Shown here in pieces: positions 1-10,755 of a stretch of 64,000 nt of DNA. The stretch comes from Balanoglossus misakiensis (taxonomy: Eukaryota; Animalia; Hemichordata): the NCBI GenBank assembly GCA_040954595.2, contig CM082598.2, positions 7,207,097 through 7,271,096 on the forward strand, written 5' to 3'. Every line of letters starts with the position of its first letter. Within the stretch, counting starts at the first letter, position 1. A program made the translations under genes and the position numbers. The notes beneath the pieces are model-generated. The model was not told the DNA's origin, did no database searches, and was given only the letters and a program-made list of their open reading frames with translations.

Positions 1-507
1 GTGTCATACATACCAGAAGAAGACTGGTCTACACCTGATCAGATCCTGACAACAGACGCCTGCCTACAAGGTGCAGGAGGCACATGCGGGAAAGGGTATT
101 TCCACGCCTCATTTCCTGAGGCCATTACCGATCAGAATTTACACATTTCAGCACTAGAATTACTTGGTGTAGTCCTTGCCTGTAAATTATGGGCTGCACA
201 TCTCAAACATAAACGCATCCTGATCCAGTGTGATAACGAACCTACAGTCCATGGGATAAATTCCGGATCCTGCCGTGACCCCACAATGTTAACCTACCTG
301 CGAGAATTGTGGTTTATCGCAGCAACACATTCATTCGAATTGAAATCTGTGCATATACCTGGTATTGACAACCGCACGGCCGACCTCTTGAGCCGTTGGT
401 CCCTTTCCCCGTCCTATCAACGACAATTTCATACATTGACAACTACTGCAGATATGATCGACTGTCCCATCACAGATGACATGTACAACTTAACCCACTC
501 ATGGTAA
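1..507 (+). CDS. C-terminal RNase H domain of the DIRS/Ngaro RT-RH polyprotein (partial)
   Basis: Motifs TDAC..GAGG, HISALELLGV, QCDN and HIPGIDNRTADLLSR are typical of DIRS RNase H; the frame is open at the window start. Confidence 0.92.
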   Translation: MSYIPEEDWSTPDQILTTDACLQGAGGTCGKGYFHASFPEAITDQNLHISALELLGVVLACKLWAAHLKHKRILIQCDNEPTVHGINSGSCRDPTMLTYLRELWFIAATHSFELKSVHIPGIDNRTADLLSRWSLSPSYQRQFHTLTTTADMIDCPITDDMYNLTHSW

Positions 508-1537
508 TTTCCTCTCACTCTGTTTCAGGAGGAATAAAAAGTCACCCCCTATGTGAAGCCCTTAAGTCCAGGGTTAGTCAACAAGTAGCCTCCGCTTATG
601 CACCAGGTACACTACGCAACCTGCAATCTCACTGGAAAACATATTTTTCCTTCTGTGTTGTCCTGAAGCTGACACCAGTGCCGGCCTCACATGAGACTAT
701 TAACTGTTTTGTTGAGTTCCTTTCATCGACGATACACAACGTTGGTACGCTTAAAAGCTACCTTAACAGTTTAGCCACCCTTCACGAGCTGCATAATTTC
801 CCTCGGGCAGCGGTTCACAGTTTTACTACCAATTTACTGCTTCGCAGTATTGGCCGCAGTCACCCCCATTTACCAAAGCAAAAGCTCGCCATCACACCAG
901 TCATTCTGCTGGCCATCTACAGGTTACTCAATTTGCACAACTCTTTCCACGTCACACTCTGGGCAGCCTTCCTCACTGCCTTTCACTTGTTTTTAAGAAA
1001 ATCAAATCTTGTCCCTCCCAGTGTGGCAGCCTTCGATCCCAGCATTCACCTGGCACGCCAAAATTTCCACTTCACAACTACGGGTGTTGTTGTTGGCATT
1101 ACATGGTCCAAAACTATTCAGCAACATGAACGTGTACTTACTATACCCATAGCTAGTTTACCAGATTCACCGTTGTTTCTTGTTTCCGCCTTGAGACATA
1201 TGTGCAGTTTCCTCCCAGCGACTCCCACTTCGCCTGCCTTCCTAGTGCCCAGCACAAGGGGTCTTGTCACCTTGACCCACAGCACTTTCACTTCTAACTT
1301 GCACCAGCTTCTCCAACAAGCAGGGTTTAACCCCTCCCATTATTCAGGTCACAGTTTCAGGCGAGGGGAGCATCCTGTGCCTTTTCTGCACATGTGCCCG
1401 GTGAGCTGATCCAGATACACGGTGACTGGAAATCACAAGCCTACCTTTTGTACTTACAAATACCTTTTTCCAAACGTCTCGAAGTTTCCACACGTATTAA
1501 CCTTTTTCTCAGACAATTTTCAAATAGTGCACTTTAA
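501..1537 (+). pseudogene. Tyrosine recombinase of the DIRS/Ngaro element, interrupted by a 1-nt frameshift
   Basis: ORF 501-1409 has FLRKSNL (catalytic Arg), SKT and GHSFRRG. Adding one G to the G4 run at 1365-1368 continues the frame as GASCAFSAHVPGELIQIHGDWKSQAYLLY...SAL, stop 1535-1537, supplying the catalytic Trp/Tyr region. Confidence 0.88.
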
Positions 1538-1728
1538 ATGTACCCGTATTATACTGCCTACAAGTGCTTTGAGCATTGTAAAAAAATATTGTTGACCTAA
1601 CTGTCCATGCCGATGGAATGTACTCGTATTATGCTGCCTACAAGCACTTTGAGCATTGTACAATTTTATTGTTGACCTAACTTTTCATACAAGTGGGCGG
1701 ACAGGATTGGCGGCCACTTCGTTCTTGT

Positions 1729-2175
1729 CCTTTGTTTGGACTGCAGGTCCCATTGCCGATTTAACGGGCACCTTTGCCTTTAGCCGCCAATCCTGTCTCC
1801 TGTGTTTTATATATGCTGACTATTGATTATGTGTGAGTAATTTGGGGGAGCATGAGGGGCGCCCTCAGTGCCCATCAGGGTCCTTAATTGATCACGCATG
1901 CGCCTTATCATCACAGTTAGTTTTCATAGCGTTTCTGACTTGTTCAAGCTGGGAGCTTTCTTTGCAATCCCTCCCACCCACCCATAGCCTTGCAATGTCT
2001 TTAGTCATCATTGCTCATACACAACGATTGCTGAAACTTGTTATTTACCTTTCATTGTTGGCCTTTGTTTGGACTGCAGGTCCCTTTGCCGATTAAACGG
2101 GCAACTTTGCCTTTAGCCGCCAATCCTGTCTCCTGTGTTTTATATATGTTGACTATTGATTATGTGTGAGTAATT
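1729..2175 (+). repeat. Split direct repeats B1 (1729-1842) and B2 (2062-2175), 114 bp each, flanking a putative A2 segment (1843-2061)
   Basis: CCTTTGTTTGGACTGCAGGTCCC...TGTGTGAGTAATT occurs twice with a few substitutions. Confidence 0.9.
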
Positions 2176-3225
2176 ATCAAAAAATGACAGTTTTTGGACG
2201 TTGGAAAATCTCAAAATATCATCGAGTTCTGATTTTAAAAAATCATGGGTTATAGCTCATGAAAATCATCAAAAAATAAAAATTTTACGACTTTGCAAAT
2301 TCTCAAATATTCGTCGATTTTTGAAAAAAAAATATCACGGGTTATAGATCATGAAAATCATCAAAAATGACAATTTTTGCGACTTTGAAAATTTTCAAAA
2401 ATTCTTAATTTCCGATTAAAAAAGCATTGTTATAGTATACATAATTATAGTTCATGAAAATCATCAAAAAATGACAATTTTTCGACTTTGATAATTTTCA
2501 AAATTCTTTACTTTTATATGAACTAATCATGGTTTATAGCTCATGAAAATCATCAAAAAATGACCAGATTTCGACGTTGCGAAATCTCAAATATTCGTCG
2601 ATTTTTTCATAAAAATCATGGTTTATAGCTCATGAAAATCATCAAAAAATGACAATTTTTCGGCTTAGAAAATTTTCAATTTGAAAATCATGAAAAAATG
2701 ACAATTTTTCAACTTTGCGAAATCTCAAATATTCGTCGATTTTTTGACTTGCGAAATCTCAAAATTCCGTCAAGTTTTGAAAAATAATCATGGGTTATGA
2801 AAATCATCAAAAAATGACAATTTTTCGACTTTGAAAATTTTCAAAAAATCTTTACTTTTGATAAAAAAATCATGGTTAATAGCCCATGTAAAACATCCAA
2901 TTATGACAATTTTTCGACTTTGCAAATTCTCAAATATTCGTCGATTTTTTGAAAAATATGGGTCACAGCTCATGAAAATCATCAAAAAATGAAAATTTTT
3001 CGACTTTGAAAATTTTCAAAAATTCTTTACTTTCGATAAAAAATCATGGTTAATAGCTCATGAAAATCATCAAAAAATGACAATTTTTTTACTTGATAAT
3101 TTTCAAAAATTCTTTACTTTTATATAAAAAATCATGGTTTATAGCTCATGAAAATAATCAAAAAATGACAATTTTTCGACTTTGCAAAATCTCAAAATTT
3201 CGTCGTTTTTGAAAAAAATCATGGA
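2176..3225. repeat. AT-rich tandem repeat, ~88-bp unit with two mostly alternating variants
   Basis: GCTCATGAAAATCATCAAAAAATGACAATTTTT recurs, e.g. at 2968 and 3056 (near-match at 3144); two tail variants occur (..CAAATATTCGTCGA.. and ..CAAAAATTCTTTACT..). Confidence 0.92.
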
Positions 3226-3952
3226 TTAGACCTACAAACTCGGTACTGCACTGGTACATTTGGTCAAACATCCGATTCTTATGCCGTTGTTGCACTGCAG
3301 CGGACAGTGCACATATCAACAAGCAGTAGGCGACTGCGTTCAGCAGAAGAACTGTTCTTTTTTGTTTTTCTAAACATACACTTAAAAGATCATCAATAAA
3401 AATGAAATATCAGCCCTGAAAATGAAGTCTGAGTGCAAACTAGCACAGAATTAATGGAGACATCATCGCTGGCACACAGAAAGTGAGGATCAATAATTAG
3501 TTCATTGGCGCATAAATCTTACTTGTAATTGTATTTGTTGTGGCAGCTGCAGGCCAGAATGTTTTACTACCACAAATAAATCGATGCTAATTGATTATTC
3601 ATTAAAGTACACAGTTTTTTGGAACTACTGCCGGCACTGTAAAAACCGTGGCCAGTTACTTGGGGTGAAACAAGGCAACTCTCAGTAGCTCCCGGGAACA
3701 GTTCAATTTCATGATTATATTATATTGTGTGTGGGTCCAGTAAAAAAATGAGTCCCTTAAACGTTCCTCAATCATGCCTCATCACCGAGATCCTTGAAAA
3801 GAAGCACATTTTAAAACAGGCACTTAGTCTGGTCTTTTGCTTTGTCAACTTTGGACAAGCTTTAATATTGCATGCCCTGTGAGTCACAATGCACATCAGG
3901 CATCAACATAACTTTCAAACACGATGACTTTTACACCGCGTGTAGGTTATAT

Positions 3953-4483
3953 TATTACGGCTTGTTTCTCATGATTGTTCATGCATCGGGGAATCTGTAG
4001 CGATGATGTATCGGGCTCTGACGAGAACAGTGATCCACGGAGACACGTATCTGATTCACGTTCATTTATTGTCCAGAACTACTCCAGTACATCAAATACG
4101 CCCAGTAAAGTACATGAGGAAGGGAACGAACTCAGTAGCCTGAGGTACTCCCATCTCCCGTTAGATTATTTTTCCCCAACTTTGGAAACAAAGTTCTCTT
4201 ATAATTACTTTTCTCAAGGCGTGGTTAATAATGTAAAATATCACAAATACAATGTGTTACAATTTCATTGGGCATCAGTCAACTCTATACGTACCAATTT
4301 ACATAAAGTGTTATATAACAAAGTCAGTTCGGTGATGATTGACAATCAGAGCAGTCAGTTAAACACCCGCTCTCCCTATCTACTTCAAATACATAAAATC
4401 AAATACTATCAAACATTGACATTTCCGAGCTCTGGATTAATTAACCCTTGAAATCGTATTTGACCTTTATACAGATCGTAACA
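3953..4483 (-). repeat. 3' LTR (531 bp)
   Basis: Matches 10768-11298 at offset 6815 (two substitutions seen by eye). Minus-strand termini are TGTTACG...CGTAATA, preceded by the PPT. Confidence 0.93.
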
Positions 4484-4496
4484 CTCCCCTCCTTTT
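4484..4496 (-). promoter_or_regulatory. Polypurine tract (second copy at 11299-11311)
   Basis: Minus strand AAAAGGAGGGGAG immediately precedes the TGTTAC LTR start. Confidence 0.88.
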
Positions 4497-5514
4497 AAAC
4501 CAATGCGTCCCGCATTGGACACAAATCTCTTAACGAGCAGTACACCAAGGGTAATCGTTCAATTCCACCCCAAGAATATATTAAGATGTACCGTATGATT
4601 TTGAAATGTAAGAGTACAATATATATAACAAAATTGAAGTAAAATATTTGAAAAAAATCGAGTCATGTCTATGAAGTGATCGTCTTGAAAAATTATAAAA
4701 TTACAATACAAAAATTACTACAGAATAAAAGTACATATAAACTTAAAATAGTATGTGCTCATAAAACCTTCGCACACCTATCCACCTACTAATATAACCA
4801 ATAAAATCGCAACTCCTTCTGTAAACCCATAAAACGTTGTATCCATCATTGAACACAATCTGAATATCTGTTGTCTTATTGACTCAAAAGAAACCCTCTT
4901 GCATTCTTTTACATCGAACGATCATCCGACATTCCTTATTCTCGAGTTGCGTCATGTCGGGTAAATTCAATAACCTTAAAAAAATTAAAACTGAAACATC
5001 TTAGCGTTTTGTCAAAAATCCACTTTTTACAACTTCGAAAATGGCATTTTCTTCATTCGAAAATGGGATTTTCTTTGGTTTCTTTATACAAACACATAGC
5101 CATTAAAAGGGGCTATTTACACAATTTGGACCATCTATTTAGGTCATCAAACGAAAGGCAAATTCAACTCACAACATTTTTCTCCAGTGATAAAATCTCT
5201 GCAACTTCAAACTTCACTGGTAATTTCTTTACAACTTAAATACATCAACACATTTAAACAGAGTGACACGGGAACCAGGTTGCACAGCTCTAGCCTCTTA
5301 CAACTAAACTCAGCAAACAAAAGATAATAAAATGTCATTCGACAACTTACGTAACATTAAACGAATCAAGGGACACGCCAATCGTACACTCACTCATACA
5401 GGCCGGCCAACACTCATACCTCTCATTCATATTCAAATATTCATTTCAATCAACCACGTGTCTCCCTTTTCCGTTTTTTTTTCCTGTTACGCATATATTT
5501 TTCTGTCCATAGAT

Positions 5515-8500
5515 TTAAATGTGCAAATGTGCTATAACCTGTTTCCCTTGTATCTTTACAGGATTTCTTATCAAATACTCTTTCGCAGTTTCATTCAAAT
5601 TGTCTTCATCCTCCCACGTATTATGTTTGTTTGAATAATTCTTCCACTTAACCAAATATTGTAATTTCCCATTTCTATATCGACCCTTTAACACATTGTC
5701 TATATCGTAAAATGGCTCAGAAGCATTAGTCTGACAATTTCCATTGTTGTCAGTTTCATCGAAAGCACTGGGATTTGTCCTTGACGACAAATCTCTCAAT
5801 CCCAATCCCTCAATTTGATCAGAACCATTTTCTGATTCTGCATATGTTTCTGCTTCTGGACTTTGACATATTTCGGTCCCATTTTCATAATTTGTGGTTT
5901 CTGGGACATCGTTTTCTTCACACGACTCATCAGATGAGGATGAGTCAAACTCAGAGGGGCGCAAATAAGCTCTTTTTAGTCTATTCACATGTATGACTTT
6001 ACGATAATTCCTGGTGCTATTTATGAAACGCAACTTGTAATTAACAGGACCCACCTTCTCAGAAATAATGTAAGGACCTGTCCACTTATGTACGAATTTC
6101 TTATTAACTCCTGGTTTAACAGATGGTGTGTATAAATATACAGGATCCCCCACTTTAAGATTTTGTGACCGTTGGATATTTTGATCGTAACGGTCCTTCA
6201 TATTCTGTTGATATCGATCTATATTCTCTTTGGCGATTTTATGAGCTATCTCCCTTTTAGCAGCTAAATGTTTAAGGTGTGTATCTATATTTCTCGTCCT
6301 CCCCTCAACTGGCTGAAACTCAACATCCATGGGCAATGTGGGATGCCGACCGTATAGCAGATAATACGGGCTGAACCCACTGGACTCTTGAGGGCTAACT
6401 CTATAAGCGAAAAGCACTGAACTTAGGTACCGATCCCAATCTTTCTGTTTACTATCGACAAACATGGACAGCATGTCGACTAGGCAACCATTGAAACGCT
6501 CTGTAAGGCCATTAGTCTGTGGACGATAAGGGGTCGAAACTTTCCTCTGGATGTTGAAAAATTTGCAAGTTTCACGAACTACTTGGGATAAAAAATTCGA
6601 TCCCTGATCACTCAGCAAAACTCTGGGGCTGCCATAAGTAGCAATTACTTCATCAAACAAGATCTTAGCGACTGTCTCAGCTCTTGCATTACGTAATGGA
6701 TATGCTAGTGGAAATTTAGTAAAGTAATCAGTAAGTACTAAGATGTATTTATGACCATCATACGTTCTAGGGAGGGGTCCCACAATATCCATACCCAGTC
6801 GGTCCCAGGGTCCTGATACTGGAATAGGTAACAACTTAGCATGAGTAGGGGGTGTGGCTCTCTTTCGTGTGTGACAATGTGCGCATGTCTTTACGTACAT
6901 ATTAACATCCCGGGGCATCCTTTCCCAAAAATACCTCTGTCTTAAAACTCCCAACGTTTTAGTGTATCCCAAATGTCCCGCTAAAACACAATCATGAGCC
7001 CACCGCAGAACATAATTTCTTAAGGACTTAGGTATCACAACCTGTCTAACACAATCTAATTTACCAGCTGATTTCCCCGTGGGTTTCCAAAAATGATACA
7101 AAACCCCGTCAACAATGTCATAATTTGGAGCCATACTAACAAATTTACGAGCTAACTTTTGATCAGTTGGTAACTCATCATTCTCTAAATAATTAAGAAA
7201 TTTACTCAAATAATTATCCTTTCTCTGTTCTCCCTTCATTCGTGATTGCACCTCACTGTCGAATGTTTTATCCACTTCAGTGTTGGAAGCATTTTCCTCC
7301 ACGTCAGTGTTAGAAGTGTCGTTAGAACTGTTAAGTAAAATCCCATACCCAGATGAGTCCTCACTATTAGCAGAATTATGAACCTCAGGTTCGGTTTGTT
7401 GCCCTGTATGTATATTATTTATACAAGGTGAGTTTATGGGCCCAGTGTTTACACACTTATCTACCATTGGCTGACTGTTAGGCTTGTAATTCATTTCAGG
7501 CGCATGCTCTAAATCAGTGACGTCAGACTTGTACCCCTCACATTGTTGATATGGTCTCCTTGACAACCCGTCAGCATTCATGTGTTTCTTACCAGGTCTA
7601 TAGATAATTTCGTAATCGTACTGCTGCATGGTCATTATCCAACGGCCAATACGCCCCCTTGGTATTTTCTGTTTAAACATGTAAGTCAGATTGGAGTGAT
7701 CAGTCACTATAGTGACATGGTTGCTCCGTACATAGTGATCACATTGTCGGATAGCATGAATGACGGCCAAAGCTTCCAATTCTGTAATTGAGTAATTTCT
7801 TTCGTGACAGTTTAAACTTCGACCCCCATATAAAATCACTCGTTCAACACAATTCTGTCGTTGAGCTAAAACAAACCCCAGGGCATGAGTGGAACTATCG
7901 GTATAAATTGTGAAATTTTCATTCATATCAGGATACCCTAGAATTGGTGCTTGACACAGGACATGTTTTAATTTCTCGAATGCATGTTCGCATCGATCAT
8001 CCCATTCAAATTTCGTGTCCTTTCCCAACAATTTATGCAGAGGCCTTGCAATGATCGAGAAATTCTTTATAAACTTTCTATAATAATTGGCCAACCCCAA
8101 AAATGATTTCAGCTGTGTGACAGTATGAGGACGGGGATATTCTTTAACAGCTGTTACTTTACTCTCGTCAACCGCAATTCCATCCTTACTGATAATATGA
8201 CCCAAAAATTTAACACTCTTTCTCATAAATTGACATTTGCTGGGCTTTAATTTCAATCCAGCTTGACGTAACCTGGTTAGGACAGTATCAATGTGTTGAA
8301 GATGCTCCTCAAAAAAGCTGCTAAATATAATAATATCATCGATATAACATAACACATATTGCCACATAATATTGCGTAACACGTGTTGCATAGTACGCTG
8401 AAAACAACTGGGACTATTTCGCAACCCCTGGGCAAGTCTCCTGTATTGATATAAACCTTGATGTGTGACAAAAGCTGTTTTTGGTCTGCTCTCTTCATCT

Positions 8501-9018
8501 AATTCCAATTGAAAAAATCCTGACTGTAAATCAAGCGTCGAAAAATACTGAGGCTTATTCTTGCCTAACATTTCAAGAGATTCGTCAGTTCTAGGTAAGG
8601 GAAACGAATCAGGCACTGTAATATTATTCAAATGACGGAAATCTGTGCAAAAACGCCACGAACCATCAGGCTTTTTGACTAAAACTACTGGACTAGCAAA
8701 CGGTGAAGTGGACGGCTCGATAATATTTTGTTCTAACAGCTGATCAACTTGTCGCTCTAGTTCACGCCTTTTCTCAGGCGTTACTCGGTAAGGTGGGCGA
8801 CGGAACGGGGCAGCACCCTCTTGTAATCGTATTGTATGTTTGATTACATCACAGTTGCCTAAACGACCACTAGAATCAACAAAAGCTTCCATATTGTGCA
8901 GTAAAACATCTCTAAGCTGTTTACGCTGTGCCTTAGTTATCTCTAATTCATTAAATTTCAATTGACCCATCAAATGATCCGTCTCTTTTGTGTGTACGGG
9001 GCCCTTGAGGTGAGACAC
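5515..9018 (-). CDS. pol: Pol: reverse transcriptase, RNase H, integrase (HHCC, DDE, GPY/F) and chromodomain
   Basis: RT LDLQSGF and YIDD; RH YTDSS..ELEALAV..TDH; IN H..GHLG..CAHC, MDIVGP, SDQG, TERFN, WTGPY; chromodomain YLVKWKNYSNKHNTWEDEDNL. The listed start is a GTG, so the frame is probably reached from gag-PR. Confidence 0.96.
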   Translation of the reverse strand: MSHLKGPVHTKETDHLMGQLKFNELEITKAQRKQLRDVLLHNMEAFVDSSGRLGNCDVIKHTIRLQEGAAPFRRPPYRVTPEKRRELERQVDQLLEQNIIEPSTSPFASPVVLVKKPDGSWRFCTDFRHLNNITVPDSFPLPRTDESLEMLGKNKPQYFSTLDLQSGFFQLELDEESRPKTAFVTHQGLYQYRRLAQGLRNSPSCFQRTMQHVLRNIMWQYVLCYIDDIIIFSSFFEEHLQHIDTVLTRLRQAGLKLKPSKCQFMRKSVKFLGHIISKDGIAVDESKVTAVKEYPRPHTVTQLKSFLGLANYYRKFIKNFSIIARPLHKLLGKDTKFEWDDRCEHAFEKLKHVLCQAPILGYPDMNENFTIYTDSSTHALGFVLAQRQNCVERVILYGGRSLNCHERNYSITELEALAVIHAIRQCDHYVRSNHVTIVTDHSNLTYMFKQKIPRGRIGRWIMTMQQYDYEIIYRPGKKHMNADGLSRRPYQQCEGYKSDVTDLEHAPEMNYKPNSQPMVDKCVNTGPINSPCINNIHTGQQTEPEVHNSANSEDSSGYGILLNSSNDTSNTDVEENASNTEVDKTFDSEVQSRMKGEQRKDNYLSKFLNYLENDELPTDQKLARKFVSMAPNYDIVDGVLYHFWKPTGKSAGKLDCVRQVVIPKSLRNYVLRWAHDCVLAGHLGYTKTLGVLRQRYFWERMPRDVNMYVKTCAHCHTRKRATPPTHAKLLPIPVSGPWDRLGMDIVGPLPRTYDGHKYILVLTDYFTKFPLAYPLRNARAETVAKILFDEVIATYGSPRVLLSDQGSNFLSQVVRETCKFFNIQRKVSTPYRPQTNGLTERFNGCLVDMLSMFVDSKQKDWDRYLSSVLFAYRVSPQESSGFSPYYLLYGRHPTLPMDVEFQPVEGRTRNIDTHLKHLAAKREIAHKIAKENIDRYQQNMKDRYDQNIQRSQNLKVGDPVYLYTPSVKPGVNKKFVHKWTGPYIISEKVGPVNYKLRFINSTRNYRKVIHVNRLKRAYLRPSEFDSSSSDESCEENDVPETTNYENGTEICQSPEAETYAESENGSDQIEGLGLRDLSSRTNPSAFDETDNNGNCQTNASEPFYDIDNVLKGRYRNGKLQYLVKWKNYSNKHNTWEDEDNLNETAKEYLIRNPVKIQGKQVIAHLHI

Positions 9019-10690
9019 AATTAACGGCAGTATTATCGAGTGGGACTATTTCACTATTACGGGGCAAGGGCGAAAACATTCCAACAACACTGTTTTTCTT
9101 AATTTTGACCACAGTATCCAAAGTGTTTACAACTCGCATGGGAAGAAAATTCTTATTCGAATAGGCCAACCCCTTAGCTACCAAAATACCCGGGGTTAAG
9201 CGTGTTCGTTTATCACAAATACAACCTAAAACTCCAGTAAGATATTTATACGGTACTTTCACTGGAATAACCATTTCACTTCCAGGTGAAATGTTAACAT
9301 CAACATTGGTTCTTAACGGTACGTCTGATTGTAATCTTAAAATATTACCCTTGAAATCAATAACAGCTCTATAACGCTTCATAAAATCAAGTCCCAAAAT
9401 CAGATTATGCTGAAGAGACTCAACTAAATTAACATACAGTAATACACGCTTATTCCCAATAAAAGCAGGTATTTTCATAAATCCAATTACCTTCAATTTG
9501 TCTTCGTGTGCTGTATGTACACAATTATATCTGGACTTGAACATCGGATAGTTCTTTAGAGCGGGAATAAGCTCTAACAACCGAATAGGAGCTACAGTAA
9601 TATGTGCTCCAGTATCAATTAATGACGTCACTTTTTCATGACATATTGAAATTGGAATAACATTCTCATGAAAAGCACACCCATCTTTGTTAACAAAGTT
9701 TACACCATCTTTAACATTATAGGCACCCTCTTTCCCGAGTGCATTTACACCTGCACATGACCTGCTGTCGGACGATCCATCAAAATAAAATTTCCGACTA
9801 GGCTTCGAAACATTTCCAGAGAACGCATATTTTGAACAATTTCTAGCTATATGATCGTAACGCCCACAATTAAAACATGCACGGGAATTAAATTGACTAT
9901 GTCGAGGAAAACGTTGGGCAGAGTGTCCAGTAAAATTATATCTGTTCCTCTTTACCTTATTGTCTATTGTTCGTTCTCTTGCTCTGTAATTCGGCGATTT
10001 CTTCTCTCTTTTTGTCGATCGTCCTCGATGATCTGCCGCGCTTGATTTGGTCTTCACTTCTTGATCTTCTTGTTTCATCTCGTCAATCCGTGTCGAGATT
10101 TGTTGTAAAAGACCCGCTTCTGGCTCGTCTGTCTCTGGTAATCCTGCCACGACCTCTGCTGTTCGAGCATGTTTGTACGCTGTTTCGAAGTCCTTAGGTG
10201 ACATTCCCGCTACGAACTTTAGTATGCCCGGTCTCAGTCCGTTCATGAAGAAAGACAGTATTTCCTCATCAGTCTTTTTCGCTTTTTCTGCTTTTTCGCA
10301 TATTAATTCCGCATATTGTTCAACAGTCTGGTCCGGCAGTTGCTTCAGGCGAAACAGTTTCTCGTCATACAGCCACATCGGACCGCACTTATCAAAACGA
10401 GCGAGGAAAACATTTTGCAGTGTCGTCAAGTCATTTTTCTTTTCAGCAGACAGTCTGTAGAACCATCGCTCCGCTTCACCAGTCAAATATTGTCCGATTC
10501 CTTTAAGCCGTTTCTCGTCTGACCATTGCTTAAAGTCAGCAAAGTCTATATATTTTTTCCACCATCGGTGTGCATTCTCAGTCTCTGTAGCCGAAAAGAA
10601 ACCTGGGCCTACCTGACCTCCAACTCTGAGTGTAACCTGTCGTATTTCCGATATTTGACTGTTCATGTCGTTTAGCATCTCGCGATCCAT
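8951..10690 (-). CDS. gag: Gag (capsid, CCHC zinc knuckle) fused to aspartic protease
   Basis: CFNCGRYDHIARNC knuckle, LIDTGA protease active site, ILGLDF. First in-frame ATG is at 10690 (the track start at 10753 is GTG). Confidence 0.92.
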   Translation of the reverse strand: MDREMLNDMNSQISEIRQVTLRVGGQVGPGFFSATETENAHRWWKKYIDFADFKQWSDEKRLKGIGQYLTGEAERWFYRLSAEKKNDLTTLQNVFLARFDKCGPMWLYDEKLFRLKQLPDQTVEQYAELICEKAEKAKKTDEEILSFFMNGLRPGILKFVAGMSPKDFETAYKHARTAEVVAGLPETDEPEAGLLQQISTRIDEMKQEDQEVKTKSSAADHRGRSTKREKKSPNYRARERTIDNKVKRNRYNFTGHSAQRFPRHSQFNSRACFNCGRYDHIARNCSKYAFSGNVSKPSRKFYFDGSSDSRSCAGVNALGKEGAYNVKDGVNFVNKDGCAFHENVIPISICHEKVTSLIDTGAHITVAPIRLLELIPALKNYPMFKSRYNCVHTAHEDKLKVIGFMKIPAFIGNKRVLLYVNLVESLQHNLILGLDFMKRYRAVIDFKGNILRLQSDVPLRTNVDVNISPGSEMVIPVKVPYKYLTGVLGCICDKRTRLTPGILVAKGLAYSNKNFLPMRVVNTLDTVVKIKKNSVVGMFSPLPRNSEIVPLDNTAVNCVSPQGPRTHKRDGSFDGSIEI

Positions 10691-10755
10691 GCTGTAATCT
10701 TTCCGCTGGACGTCGCCGTTTCTGTCTCCGATGGATTTGTTTCGTCTACCCACGT

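Larger units (their letters stand above)
1..2175 (+). mobile_element. 3' part of a DIRS-order (Ngaro-type) tyrosine-recombinase retrotransposon, cut by the window start
   Basis: DIRS-type RNase H ORF overlapping a YR ORF, followed by a B1-spacer-B2 direct-repeat arrangement (1729-1842 / 2062-2175) ending GAGTAATT directly at a satellite. Split direct repeats are characteristic of Ngaro/PAT-type elements. Confidence 0.9.

Noticed and set aside
1617-1662. Twister-ribozyme-like words (UAUGCUGC, UACAAGC, AGCA..GUA)
   Set aside because: The P4 stem that should enclose the ACAAGC loop and the conserved 3' GAG are missing; no hammerhead core was found nearby either.
3975-4451. 158-aa plus-strand ORF repeated at 10790-11266
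   Set aside because: It lies wholly inside the LTR, antisense to the element, begins at a non-ATG codon and has no recognisable motif; the duplication is explained by the LTRs.
4497-5514. Possible env gene in the ~1-kb region between pol and the 3' LTR
   Set aside because: No minus-strand ORF of useful length and no signal or transmembrane pattern; treated as a long 3' UTR.
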